From the IMG/VR virus record IMGVR_UViG_3300042520_002382, positions 1-61,688 of that record: DNA of 61,688 bases; one strand, 5' to 3'. Shown piece after piece: positions 26,742 to 36,709 of this stretch. Positions within the stretch are counted from its first letter, which is position 1; the number at the start of each line of letters is the position of its first letter. A model generated the notes under the pieces. That model searched no databases, had not been told where the DNA came from, and saw nothing but the letters and a program-made list of their open reading frames with translations. The position numbers and the translations under genes were made by a program. This DNA is from a virus (Duplodnaviria; Caudoviricetes).

Positions 26742-26960
26742 TCATTGCCGCAGCCCTTGGCGCATCGCCCAGGCCGTGGCCGCCTTCTGGGCGTACCAGG
26801 ACTGCAGCAGGAGCTTCGCGAAGTTGCGGAGGGTCTGCACGTCGCTGATCTCGTCCAGCAGGCGGCTATGGCGCTCCACCTCGAAGGCCTGCGCGGCGCT
26901 GAGCTCCATCCCTGCGGGGTCCGCAGGGAGGAAGCCGGCAGCAGGGTCAGGGGCTGGCAT
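26742..26960 (-). CDS. NblA-like small protein
   Basis: ELSAAQAFEVERHSRLLD..TLRNFAKLLLQSW resembles the NblA LSxEQxF two-helix pattern. Confidence 0.5.
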   Translation of the reverse strand: MPAPDPAAGFLPADPAGMELSAAQAFEVERHSRLLDEISDVQTLRNFAKLLLQSWYAQKAATAWAMRQGLRQ

Positions 26961-27030
26961 GGCCTGAGGATAGCCATCCCAATCCAGACGGGCACCAAGG
27001 CGGTGGTGCTGATCTGACCGTGGGCCGTGA

Positions 27031-27040
27031 CGGGAAAACT
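27031..27040 (+). promoter_or_regulatory. Putative late promoter motif CGGGAAAACT
   Basis: 28 nt before ATG 27069. Confidence 0.75.
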
Positions 27041-27068
27041 GCCGTAGAGGATCCACCGCCGTTCTGCC

Positions 27069-28571
27069 ATGCCCCGAGGTCGCCGCACCAGCTACGTCCG
27101 CGACAACCGCGGCCGGTTCGCCAGTTCGCCCGGTGGTGGGGGTCCCAAGCGGAGCACCCCAGCAACCCGGCGGGCGGCCACCAGGGCGGGGAACCGGTTG
27201 AACCGGGACAACAGCGGGCGGATCAGCGGGATCGGCCGGAACGGGGCCATGGTGCGCGGTGGGCGGCTGAAGACGGCCAAGGGGAACAAGCGTGCAACGC
27301 AGATCGCTTCCATGCGGCCGGCTGGGTTCAGGGCCAGCACGATCGCCAAGGGTGGCCGGGGCGTGCGCGGCAGCGTGGCGCGGAGTCTGGCGGCGGTGAG
27401 GAAGGAGCGGATGGCGGCGGCTAAGCCGGTGGCGGCCAAGCAGCAACCGCAGAAGCCATCCAAGAAGCCCGCAAACAAGGCGCAGCGGGCCTACCTCGCA
27501 GCCAGAAGCAACGCCCGCGCCCGCGGCGGTGATCTCCGGGGGACTGACGCAGGCTCAAGGCGCATGGCCAACTCGGCGGCAGCCGTGCTGAGGAACATGG
27601 AGCGCAGGCGCTCCGCCGCAGTGCCCAAGGCCCCTGCCGATTCGCCTCGCGCCAGGCAGCAGCAGATGCAGGTCGCCAGGGCGCAACGGGCAATCCGCAA
27701 TCAACGGGCCGCGATGGCTCGGGAGGCGGATGGCCCCGGCAGCAAGGCCAGCCGCAGCGCTTCCGTTGCCAGGCGTGCCCAGCAAATCTATGCCGGCAAG
27801 GTTGACCCCAAGGTCAAGACGAAATCGAGGCTGACCAAAACCCGCGACCCCGAGGTGCTTCGCAAGCGGATCGCCAAGATCAAGGACAACACGGCGAGGG
27901 CTGCGGCGAAGGCAGCGGCCAAGGAGGCCAAGGCTTCCGCCAAGCCCGCCAAGACCGCAACTCGCGCAAGGCCAGCGACAGGCAACAGACCCAAAAGATC
28001 ATTAGCCGTAAGAGCCGCAAAAGCTGATAAAGCAGACAGAAAGCTCAAGGCTCAACTTAAGCAAGCAATCGCAAGTGGGAACGAGAAAAAGATAATAGAG
28101 CTAAACTTTAGAAGGCGGCGGATTGATCGGTTCAATGAGACATACAACTTCGCAGACATAAAAGCATCTAGGAAGGCGCTGACACCCGCCAAACCCACCG
28201 CCCCCAAGCGCACCCGCTCCGCCCGCCCCGCCGGGACCGTGGCCAAGCCGCGGGGGATGAAGTCGGGGGTGTTGGCGGCGCGGAGGAACAGGAAAGCGGC
28301 GCCTACCGCAGCGCAATTCTCTCTACTTTCCGCCCGTGCAAAAGAAAAAGCCGCAAGAATAAGGCGTAGAGCCGGATCACGGTTTGCGCAAGCAAATGAG
28401 CAAGACCGGGCAGCAATCAAGAAAGCAACAAGCACAAAAACGGCCGGCAGCAGAAACAAAGCGAACAAGGCGCTTAGGTCGGCAATGGTTATGCAAAACG
28501 CCGTCCGCATGCTCACGGGGCAGATCACGCCAAGCGCCACGCGGCGCCCTCTCGCCACGCGCCTTTACTGA
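27069..28571 (+). CDS. Arg/Lys-rich tagged protein 5
   Basis: RRTSYVRDNRGRFASS; ARPAGTVAKP. Confidence 0.8.
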   Translation: MPRGRRTSYVRDNRGRFASSPGGGGPKRSTPATRRAATRAGNRLNRDNSGRISGIGRNGAMVRGGRLKTAKGNKRATQIASMRPAGFRASTIAKGGRGVRGSVARSLAAVRKERMAAAKPVAAKQQPQKPSKKPANKAQRAYLAARSNARARGGDLRGTDAGSRRMANSAAAVLRNMERRRSAAVPKAPADSPRARQQQMQVARAQRAIRNQRAAMAREADGPGSKASRSASVARRAQQIYAGKVDPKVKTKSRLTKTRDPEVLRKRIAKIKDNTARAAAKAAAKEAKASAKPAKTATRARPATGNRPKRSLAVRAAKADKADRKLKAQLKQAIASGNEKKIIELNFRRRRIDRFNETYNFADIKASRKALTPAKPTAPKRTRSARPAGTVAKPRGMKSGVLAARRNRKAAPTAAQFSLLSARAKEKAARIRRRAGSRFAQANEQDRAAIKKATSTKTAGSRNKANKALRSAMVMQNAVRMLTGQITPSATRRPLATRLY

Positions 28572-28586
28572 CGCAAGCCCTAACCC

Positions 28587-29027
28587 ATGCCCCTCCCCAC
28601 CACCACCCTGGCCCTGTTCGACCTGCTGGCGGCCGATGCGGTGCTCACCCCCCTCCTAGGGGTCCACGTGCTGGCCGGTGGCACCACCCGCCGCGCACTG
28701 GCCCACTTCTGGCCGAAGGAGGCCGTGGAGCCCACCACGCAGCCTGCAGGGGTGGAGATCGTGGTCTGGCGCTCGCCCATGGGCACCGCAGCCACGCCAA
28801 CCCAGACCGGGGAGGTGGACGTGCGGCCGACCTTCCGCCTATCCGTGACCCAGTGGGAGCCTCCCACCGCCGGGGGCGCCTGCAATCAGCTCGCGGTGAT
28901 CAACCGCCTCCTGCAGCTCCTGCCGGGGGCCAATGCCTCGGATGTGACCATCGATGGCCTGACCTCGGGCCTGCAGCAGCATTCGGTTACGTGGGCGTGT
29001 CCGGTGGCGGTGCTGCAGCGCCCCTGA
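28587..29027 (+). CDS. Putative tail terminator
   Basis: ALFDLLAADAVLTPLLG N-terminus; size; context. Confidence 0.55.
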   Translation: MPLPTTTLALFDLLAADAVLTPLLGVHVLAGGTTRRALAHFWPKEAVEPTTQPAGVEIVVWRSPMGTAATPTQTGEVDVRPTFRLSVTQWEPPTAGGACNQLAVINRLLQLLPGANASDVTIDGLTSGLQQHSVTWACPVAVLQRP

Positions 29028-29030
29028 TGG

Positions 29031-29040
29031 CGGGAAAACT
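29031..29040 (+). promoter_or_regulatory. Putative late promoter motif CGGGAAAACT
   Basis: 25 nt before GTG 29066. Confidence 0.75.
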
Positions 29041-29065
29041 GCATCAGTAGCGCGGTGCGGCTCGG

Positions 29066-32000
29066 GTGGCTGATCTCCAGGTATCGCTGGCCCTCTTGCT
29101 GGAGAACCAGGCGGAGATCGCCCGCGAGCTGGAGCGGGCCGGTGGGCAGGCGGGGGCAGGCTTCGGCCGGGGGCTGAGCGCAGAGGCGCAGAAAGCGTTC
29201 AACGACCTTGTGAGCCAGGCGGAGCGGGCCGCCAAGGAGGCCGGGCTTCGCTTCAACAAGGTCAAGCTCCAGTTTGAGACGGTCAGCGGGGATGTGATCC
29301 CTCAGAAGACCCTTGACCAGATCGGCCGGGTCAACAAGGGCTTTGCTGAGGCGACGCAGGCCGTCAATGCCTTCAAGTCCGCGACCACCGCCGCAACGCG
29401 GGAATCGGCTGCGGGGATGAACCTGCTGGAGGCCGCCATTACCGGTGTGGCCGTCAGCCTCACAAGCAAGCTCACCGACGCCGCCGGCAGTGCCTTGGGC
29501 AGCGTGCGGGGACTGGTTCAGGGGTTCCTGGAGCTTGATGGGGAGCTGCGCCTCGCCTCCGCCGCAGCAGGGGAGACGGGCGGCTACCAGCGTCTCAGCC
29601 AGATCGTGGATCAGGTGGGCATCGATGCGGCCGGCACCACGAAACAGGTGGCGGAGCTCGCCACGTCCCTCGTGCGGGCCGGTTTCAGCATCTCCGAGGT
29701 GGAGGGGGCCCTCGCGGGCGTGGTCCGCGGCGCCGAGGCCACCGGGACCGGCTTTCAGGCGTTTGGGGACATCGTGGGCAACACCCTGCGGGGGTTTGGG
29801 CTGGAGGTTGACCAGACCGCCCGCGTGGTGGACGTGCTCACCAACACGGCCAACAGCAGCAACGCCAGCATCGAGGGCCTGGGTTACACCTTCGAGTACA
29901 CCGCGCCGATCGCCAAAGCCCTCGGGGTGAGCCTGGAGGATGTGGCCGCTGCTGCGGGCCTGATGGCCAATGCAGGCATTCAAGGCAGCGTGGCGGGCAC
30001 CGGCCTGCGGACGGGCCTGCAGAAGCTGCAGGAGGCGGCCGGCGGCGCATCGCCCGAGGTGCTGGGCCTCGTGCGCGGCCAAGAGCGGCTGCAGCTCGTA
30101 ATGAGCAAGCTCGGGGCCACCGTGACCGATGCCAGCGGGAAGCTCCTGCCCCTGGAACAGGTGTTCCTGCGCCTGAAGGGCGGCCTAGAGAAGCTGAACC
30201 AGGCCGATCAGGTGCAACTGGCGAACATCCTCTTCGGAGATGACGCCGGATCCAAGTTCCTGTCCATCACGAACCAGAGCAACTCGGCCATCGTCAAGAT
30301 GTTCAGCGACCTCCGCAACAGCAAGGGGGCCACCGACGCCGCCCGCAATGCGATGGTCGGCATGGGCCTGGAGCTGCAGCAGCTCACCGGCACCATGGAC
30401 AGCCTCCGCAACAACATCGGCGGAGTGATGGCGGCAGGTCTTCGGCCACTGGTGCAGGCGGCCAACCTTGCCGTGGGGGCGATCTCAGGCCTGCCCAAGC
30501 CGGTGAAGGACACCGGGGCGGCATTGGTGGCCCTCGGGATCGCCTCCACCGGGGCGGCGATCAGCATCGCAGCGCTCAATCTCGTGCTGGCCCAAACGGG
30601 CGGCCTCGCCGGGCTGGCCATTGCGGCAAGGGCCGCCGGTGTGGCCGTCGCCGGGATCGGGGGCAGTCTGGCGATCGTCTTGGCCGCTGCCGCTGGCATC
30701 GCCCTACTGACCGGCCGCTTTGCCGAGATGGATGCCACCACCAAGACGCTGGTGCAAACCACCATCGCCCTCGGCACTGGTGTTCTGGTGTTCCGGGGCA
30801 TCGCCGCCGCTGCTGGAATCGCTGCGACCGGCTTGGGCATCTTGAACATTCAGCTCGGCAGGACGGCTGTGCTCACCGCTCTGGCGTCTGGGGCCGCCAA
30901 AGGTGGCTGGCTCGTGGGGCTGGTTGGCGCCGCCGCCGCCGCCGCAACGGTCTACGGGGTGCTGAACAACAACATCAAAACCACCGGCGAGGAAACCGAA
31001 GCCCTGTCCAGCAAAGCCCGCGAGCTGAAAGATCAGATCGCCCAGCTACAAAAGGAGATCGCAGACGGAAAGAAGCTGGGAATTGATACCACGGACGCCC
31101 AGCAGCGGGTGAATGAGCTTTACATGAAGCTCAGAGAGATCGAAAGGCCGCTTGAATTGAAGCTGAGCATTGAGAAGGCCAAGAGCGAAGCCAAAACCCT
31201 CAAGGATGAACTGAGCAAGCTCAGTGAAGGCGACAGCGGCAGGCCCGGCCTACAGGCCAAGGTGGACGGAGCTGAGCGCTACCTGAAGCTCCTGCAGCAG
31301 ATCGATCGCGCCCAGGCCGTCACCGACGCCTCACCTGTTGCTCAGCAGGGCGCCAAGGATCTGGCTGAGCTTGAGAAGCGGGTGAATCGGCTCCTGGCAA
31401 GGAAGCTTACGCTGCCGGTCAAGGCGCCAGAGCAAAAGGATATTGATAAAGAGCTAGACGTTTATCAGCGGCAGATTGATCTACGGAAGGTTGGGATTCG
31501 CGTAGCGATCGACCGTGAGGAGGCCGTGCAGCAGCTTGGCGAGCTGCAGGGCGATATTGCTGTAGCGCTGTCCAAGGGCGTTGACCCCACAAAACTGCGC
31601 AGCCAACTTCTACCGCTTCAGATTCAAGTCAGAAACCTTGATCTTGAGCGGGATAAGATCAACAAAGACCTAACGGCAACGCTGAATCAACAGGTTGCGG
31701 CAGACGGCAAGCGGGTGCTCACGGCAAAGGAGCAACTGGAGGCGGCAAGGGGTCAGCTCACTGTTGAGCAGGCCCGCGCCAGCCTGGCCGACAAGATCGC
31801 GGGGCAGGACACCGCTCGACTGCGGGCAGTCCAACAGGTGGCCGATGCCTACGTGAACCTGGCCAACGCCCAGGCGGCCCTCGCGCAATCAGGCTTTGAC
31901 GTGGAGCGAAGCCGCAACAGCAGCCGCCTGAACCTGGCCGAGAGGGAGCTGCAGTTCCTGCGCGAGCGCGGGGCCAGTGCCGGGGCGATCCAGGCGGCAG

Positions 32001-33091
32001 AGCAGCGGATCGCGGCAATCAAGCGCGATGGGGAAGGGATTGAGTACCGCAGTATGCAGGCCAGCATCGAGGCCACGGCGCAGCGCTTTGAGATGGAGCG
32101 CAAGGTGCTTGCGTTGAAGCAAGCCATGCAGGTACTGGAGCAGCAAGGCGCCATCCGCGCCGCCGAGCGGGCGGTGCTGCAAGAGCGTTCTCAGTTGCAG
32201 GAGCTGAAGGGCAAGCTGCTTGATCCAAGCACTACCCCCTTGCAAAGAGGGTCAATCAATGAGCAGATCAAGATCCAAAACGAATCCATCAAAATCACAC
32301 AGCAGCAGCTTGAGTTTGAGCGTCAACGGATGGCCGGGCTAGGAATGATTCTCGGGCTGGAGCGCCAGACGCAGGAGGCGCAGCAGGGGACCGTCGCCAA
32401 CCAGCAGCGTGCCGCCGCCGCGGGCAAGGGCTGGGAGGAAAGCCTGGAGGGAGCGCTGGCCAAGGTGGACATGGCCGCCGCTGGGGTTGACCGACTGCAG
32501 AAGGTGCTTGTCGGCACGATCCAGGGCGGCAACGGCCCGGTGGAGCAGATTTACGCCACTGCAGCAGGCCTACCCGAGCCCCTGCGGAACGCGACCGACG
32601 CAGCCGGAAACCTGGCCAGAGGGTTTGCGGCGGCCAATGAGCAAGCCGCTGTCCTGCTCCAAACCGTCTCCAAACTGGCCAGCGCCCCCTCCGCCCGCTG
32701 GGCCGGCGGCGGGGTGGATCCCGGCGGCCGGTATCAGGTCAACGAGTTGGGCACCGAGAGCTTCCTCAGCCGATCGGGCGCCCTGTCACTGATCCATGCC
32801 CCGGCCTACGGCTCCTGGAGCCCCCCATCGCCCGGCATGGTGCTGCCGGCGGGCCTCACCGCTCGCCTGGACGCCATGGGCGCCTTCTCTGGCGGGGCCC
32901 CTGCTCCCGTGCTCGCGGGCATCGCCCCGGCCATGGGCAGCGGCGGCAGCAGCCAGCAGGTTGCGGCCCTGGGCCGCTTGCAGCGCTCCATCGATGCCCT
33001 GGAGAACACGATGCGCAGCTACGACCCCGCGCTCACCATCAACCTGCCGGGCAACGCCGGGCTCCTCCACACCCTGCAGGGCTTCCGATGA
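29066..33091 (+). CDS. Tape measure protein (TP901-like)
   Basis: 1341 aa helical; ANAGIQGSVAGTGLR; hydrophobic middle; RWAGG..YQVNELGTE C-terminus. Confidence 0.93.
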   Translation: MADLQVSLALLLENQAEIARELERAGGQAGAGFGRGLSAEAQKAFNDLVSQAERAAKEAGLRFNKVKLQFETVSGDVIPQKTLDQIGRVNKGFAEATQAVNAFKSATTAATRESAAGMNLLEAAITGVAVSLTSKLTDAAGSALGSVRGLVQGFLELDGELRLASAAAGETGGYQRLSQIVDQVGIDAAGTTKQVAELATSLVRAGFSISEVEGALAGVVRGAEATGTGFQAFGDIVGNTLRGFGLEVDQTARVVDVLTNTANSSNASIEGLGYTFEYTAPIAKALGVSLEDVAAAAGLMANAGIQGSVAGTGLRTGLQKLQEAAGGASPEVLGLVRGQERLQLVMSKLGATVTDASGKLLPLEQVFLRLKGGLEKLNQADQVQLANILFGDDAGSKFLSITNQSNSAIVKMFSDLRNSKGATDAARNAMVGMGLELQQLTGTMDSLRNNIGGVMAAGLRPLVQAANLAVGAISGLPKPVKDTGAALVALGIASTGAAISIAALNLVLAQTGGLAGLAIAARAAGVAVAGIGGSLAIVLAAAAGIALLTGRFAEMDATTKTLVQTTIALGTGVLVFRGIAAAAGIAATGLGILNIQLGRTAVLTALASGAAKGGWLVGLVGAAAAAATVYGVLNNNIKTTGEETEALSSKARELKDQIAQLQKEIADGKKLGIDTTDAQQRVNELYMKLREIERPLELKLSIEKAKSEAKTLKDELSKLSEGDSGRPGLQAKVDGAERYLKLLQQIDRAQAVTDASPVAQQGAKDLAELEKRVNRLLARKLTLPVKAPEQKDIDKELDVYQRQIDLRKVGIRVAIDREEAVQQLGELQGDIAVALSKGVDPTKLRSQLLPLQIQVRNLDLERDKINKDLTATLNQQVAADGKRVLTAKEQLEAARGQLTVEQARASLADKIAGQDTARLRAVQQVADAYVNLANAQAALAQSGFDVERSRNSSRLNLAERELQFLRERGASAGAIQAAEQRIAAIKRDGEGIEYRSMQASIEATAQRFEMERKVLALKQAMQVLEQQGAIRAAERAVLQERSQLQELKGKLLDPSTTPLQRGSINEQIKIQNESIKITQQQLEFERQRMAGLGMILGLERQTQEAQQGTVANQQRAAAAGKGWEESLEGALAKVDMAAAGVDRLQKVLVGTIQGGNGPVEQIYATAAGLPEPLRNATDAAGNLARGFAAANEQAAVLLQTVSKLASAPSARWAGGGVDPGGRYQVNELGTESFLSRSGALSLIHAPAYGSWSPPSPGMVLPAGLTARLDAMGAFSGGAPAPVLAGIAPAMGSGGSSQQVAALGRLQRSIDALENTMRSYDPALTINLPGNAGLLHTLQGFR

Positions 33092-33843
33092 TCACGATCT
33101 CCTACAGCGGCACCACCTACACCTTCCCGAACCTCACCAAGCATCCGTTCGGCTACGACGAGGTGGACGTGCGCCGGGGGCAGGCCGCCAGGCGGTGGGC
33201 CCTCTCGGGCATCGTGAGCCGCCAGGACGGGGCCACGATCGCGGGGCTCTATGCCGCCTGGAATGCGGTCAAGTTCCTGGAGGACGACCCGGTGCGCACC
33301 GGCGTGGTGGGCGCCACCGTGGGCCTCACCGGCGCGGCGCCGGGCTTCGCCTGGAACACCGCAGTGCCCTGCTGGTTCGCTTCGGCCCCCTCGATCGCCA
33401 TGGCCGGCATGTTCTGCCGGGTGAGCACCACCCTCGTGGACGCCGCCCAGTCGCTGGCGATCCTGCTGCGGCAGGGCGAGGAAGAAGCGGAGCAGGAGGC
33501 GCAGCTCAATCTGGGCACGATCACCTTTGGCTCGGCCGTGGTGAACCTCACCGCCCGCGCCGAAGGCTTCACCGATCTGCCGGCCTTGGCGCTGACGCCC
33601 GGCGGAAAGCACGTGATCACCGGCCCCATCTCCATCACCGAAACGCGCCGGGTGCAGGGCTGGGTCACGGCTGCGAACCTCGCCCTGCTCGAAACCTGGC
33701 TCACCACCACCACGGCGGCCAGCCCCTCCACCGGGGCATGGTTCCCCACTGAATGGAGCGAGCCCGTTGCCCGGCGCCGCGCTGACGGCGGCACGATCAG
33801 CGTTGATTACAAAGTGGCCTTCACGGTGGCGAAGATCAAATGA
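33088..33843 (+). CDS. Putative distal tail protein
   Basis: Immediately after tape measure; coupled. Confidence 0.55.
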   Translation: MITISYSGTTYTFPNLTKHPFGYDEVDVRRGQAARRWALSGIVSRQDGATIAGLYAAWNAVKFLEDDPVRTGVVGATVGLTGAAPGFAWNTAVPCWFASAPSIAMAGMFCRVSTTLVDAAQSLAILLRQGEEEAEQEAQLNLGTITFGSAVVNLTARAEGFTDLPALALTPGGKHVITGPISITETRRVQGWVTAANLALLETWLTTTTAASPSTGAWFPTEWSEPVARRRADGGTISVDYKVAFTVAKIK

Positions 33844-36671
33844 GCATCGACGGACGCGCCTACGCCTGGTGCAACCTGGGACCGCTGGCCGAGGGGACTA
33901 GCTCGATTGCTGACAGCCACGTGCAGGGCAGCGGTGTGATCACCGTGAAAGGCACGATCAACCTGGCCGGCGTCTACCGGCCAGCGCCGGGCACGGTGGT
34001 GGAGCTGGCCTACAGCGATGGCCAGAATTGGATTGCCCGCATCCCCCGGCGGCTGCGGGTGCTCTCCAGTTTCGCCAATCCGCTCGGCGGGAAGCTCACG
34101 AGCGTAAGCGTTGGCTGCGATCTGGCGTACTACGACAACCGCAAGCAGCCGCCGAGCAGCCTCACCACCCGCCAGGCAAACCCCGACACCCCCGAGGCGG
34201 TCTGGCGGGCTGCGGCGCCATCGATCCCTGCGAGCTGGCTGGTGGGTCAGATCCTGAGTGCCCTAGGGCTTTCGGTCAGTGGATCTATCCCCCTGACCAA
34301 CCAGTACACGCGGCAGGAGTTCGACATGACCGCCGGGTACGTGGAGGAACTGGGCAAGTTGGCCGCCTCCGAGGGTTACGCGGTGCGGATGACCACGGCG
34401 GGACTGGTGGAGTTCATCGGCAAGGATCCGGGCCTTGGGACCAGTGTGCTGCTGAGCGAAGAAGACCTGATTGATCTTAACCCGATCAACACGGGTGATC
34501 TACCAGGTGATTCGGTATATGCAAAATATACCAGCCTGAAGTTAGTGGCTCCGAGCAACTTAAGCGAGGATGAATTGCAGAGGCGTAACTGGGAACTGGA
34601 AAAATCTGTCAGCGCTGCACAGCGGTACACGCATCAATGGACCGAATACCAAAAAACACCCGTCCTCAATGGAAGCGGCAGCCCAACTTATAAGCAGCGC
34701 AAGGACGCAAACGGCCGGCCGGTTTTTTACATTCAAAGTCAATCTATCGAAAATGGAACCGAAACGACAATTTTAGGCGACGCCGTGTTGGATCAGGTGT
34801 TTGAAGTTAAAGCCTATCAACTTAAAGAGGAAATAACTTACATCACGGTGGCAACCACCAGGACAAGATACGACAACAAGGACCGAGTGGTAAGCCGCAT
34901 AACAGAGTCGCAAGGTCAATGGTCCCTTGACTATACCGAAACATCTTACAGGTATAACAGTGATGGGGACGTGATTGAGGAAACAACCGTAGAGTTTAGC
35001 TCGCTGGGGCCAGTGAAAATGAGCATTGGCTTCCAAGCTAATTACGCAACCATTCGCGGTGGTGGCTTTGGGGCTCAGTATCAATCTGGCTATCGAGAAA
35101 TCAGGTACGACAAAGACAAAAACTCTGGGATAACCAAGACCTCTACAACGTCTTTGATGCCGTTTATTAACACGCCTGATGGATCAGAAGCAATTTCACG
35201 ATTGCGGGATGCTGGCAATCAACTGGACGCCAGCCGTTTGAACCAGATTCTTGGCATTGCTACGGGGCTTGTCAACGCCGGCACCGAAGTTCGCATCCGC
35301 ACCGAGCGTGAGTTTGGCGTGCAAAAGCGCCCCTCACAGGCCGAACTAAGCGCTGCCGCCAACCAGAAGGCCCCAACGGTTGAGACCACAACGCAAGCCA
35401 CATGGGCAGTTGGATCGGCCGCCAGCCAAACCCAGATTGAACTGAGCCCGCCCTATGTGCCAGATGATCGGATCGTGGCGTCTGGCAGCGTCTACGGCGT
35501 GATCAAGAGCGACGCGGATCAGAAGGCACTGAACTATGCCCGCATCGAAAACCGCCTCCTGCTGGGCCATCGCAACGGCGTGGGGATCCAAGTGTTGCCC
35601 GAGGTGCTACCCGCCGAACCCATGGGGCTGGTGTTCATCCGCCTCAATGGCTGCACCGCAGCCTTCAGGATCAACGGCACCACCTACAACATCGACCCCC
35701 AGGGGGTGGCGGCCACCACGGACTGCCTGTTCTGGGGTGCGATTGATGGCGCGGTGGCCGATGCGTGGTTCCCGCTGCCGCCTGGGGCCACGTCGCTGCC
35801 GTCCCCTGTCGCGGTCGCCACCAACGCCTCCCCGAGGCCCGCCAACGCGATCAGCATCCCCGGCGGATTCAGCTTCACCGCTCCGAACCTGTCGAGCTTG
35901 TTCGCATCTTTGCCCGCTGCGCAGGCCCCGGTGTTTGGCAAGACCGCAACCCCTGGGGTGCTGGTCAAGCCCTACCACGAAACGATCGAGCTTTGGGCCG
36001 GCGGCGGAGCGGGAGCGTTTGCGAACCCGTTGCCGTGGGCGCCGCAGACCGTTCCGTTGTTCGCTGGCGGTGGTGGCGGAGCGTTTGCCAGCATCTCACG
36101 GTTGCTGGTCGCTGGCGGTGGCGCTGGGGCGTTCACAGCCGCCCCGTCAAGCGCCCCCATGCTGGCGTTTACCGGTGGAACGTCGCTGGCGTGGAGCGAA
36201 AATCGAATATATGGATACAGCTTTACACTGTCGTCCGCTAAGCAAATCAAAGGTGTTGGTGTTTACGATGCTGGCGGAGATGGCCTGCAAGATGCAATTA
36301 GCGTATATGTAGGTATCAATTTTGGCGAGTATTTGCCATATGGAAATGATGTATTAGAAATAAACCCTGGCCAGTCTGGCTTTACTGGAAGATACATTGC
36401 AGTTGCGGCTGGTACCGCAGCGCCCCTGGATGGCACATGGCGGAGGGTTAGCTTTGAAGGCGTAACCTTGCAGCCTGGGACTTATGGGGTGTTTGCTTAC
36501 CTGACATCTGCAGCTACAAGCAGTTGTACCATGATCAAAAACGCTACCGGGCTGACAACACAAAGCGGCGTTACGATCAATGGCCCACTCGCATATGACA
36601 TATCATCGGAAGAAGCAGTCAGCACAACCGGCGACAACCCTGCCTACTTCGGTCCTGTTCTGTTCTTCTGA
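33840..36671 (+). CDS. Tail tip/hub protein with a variable C-terminal domain
   Basis: 943 aa; three AGGG(A/G)GAF linkers, then a beta-rich domain (YGYSF..GVGVYDAGGDGL). Confidence 0.65.
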   Translation: MSIDGRAYAWCNLGPLAEGTSSIADSHVQGSGVITVKGTINLAGVYRPAPGTVVELAYSDGQNWIARIPRRLRVLSSFANPLGGKLTSVSVGCDLAYYDNRKQPPSSLTTRQANPDTPEAVWRAAAPSIPASWLVGQILSALGLSVSGSIPLTNQYTRQEFDMTAGYVEELGKLAASEGYAVRMTTAGLVEFIGKDPGLGTSVLLSEEDLIDLNPINTGDLPGDSVYAKYTSLKLVAPSNLSEDELQRRNWELEKSVSAAQRYTHQWTEYQKTPVLNGSGSPTYKQRKDANGRPVFYIQSQSIENGTETTILGDAVLDQVFEVKAYQLKEEITYITVATTRTRYDNKDRVVSRITESQGQWSLDYTETSYRYNSDGDVIEETTVEFSSLGPVKMSIGFQANYATIRGGGFGAQYQSGYREIRYDKDKNSGITKTSTTSLMPFINTPDGSEAISRLRDAGNQLDASRLNQILGIATGLVNAGTEVRIRTEREFGVQKRPSQAELSAAANQKAPTVETTTQATWAVGSAASQTQIELSPPYVPDDRIVASGSVYGVIKSDADQKALNYARIENRLLLGHRNGVGIQVLPEVLPAEPMGLVFIRLNGCTAAFRINGTTYNIDPQGVAATTDCLFWGAIDGAVADAWFPLPPGATSLPSPVAVATNASPRPANAISIPGGFSFTAPNLSSLFASLPAAQAPVFGKTATPGVLVKPYHETIELWAGGGAGAFANPLPWAPQTVPLFAGGGGGAFASISRLLVAGGGAGAFTAAPSSAPMLAFTGGTSLAWSENRIYGYSFTLSSAKQIKGVGVYDAGGDGLQDAISVYVGINFGEYLPYGNDVLEINPGQSGFTGRYIAVAAGTAAPLDGTWRRVSFEGVTLQPGTYGVFAYLTSAATSSCTMIKNATGLTTQSGVTINGPLAYDISSEEAVSTTGDNPAYFGPVLFF

Positions 36672-36678
36672 GTCTGAC

Positions 36679-36688
36679 CGGGAAAACT
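36679..36688 (+). promoter_or_regulatory. Putative late promoter motif CGGGAAAACT
   Basis: 21 nt before GTG 36710. Confidence 0.7.
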
Positions 36689-36709
36689 AAGGCAGATTGA
36701 ACTTCTCCC

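Noticed and set aside
5966-30082. Many long overlapping alternative-frame ORFs (e.g. 5966..6748, 11918..12832, 25601..26695, 28886..30082)
   Set aside because: Expected in GC-rich DNA; they lie opposite well-supported genes and show no motifs
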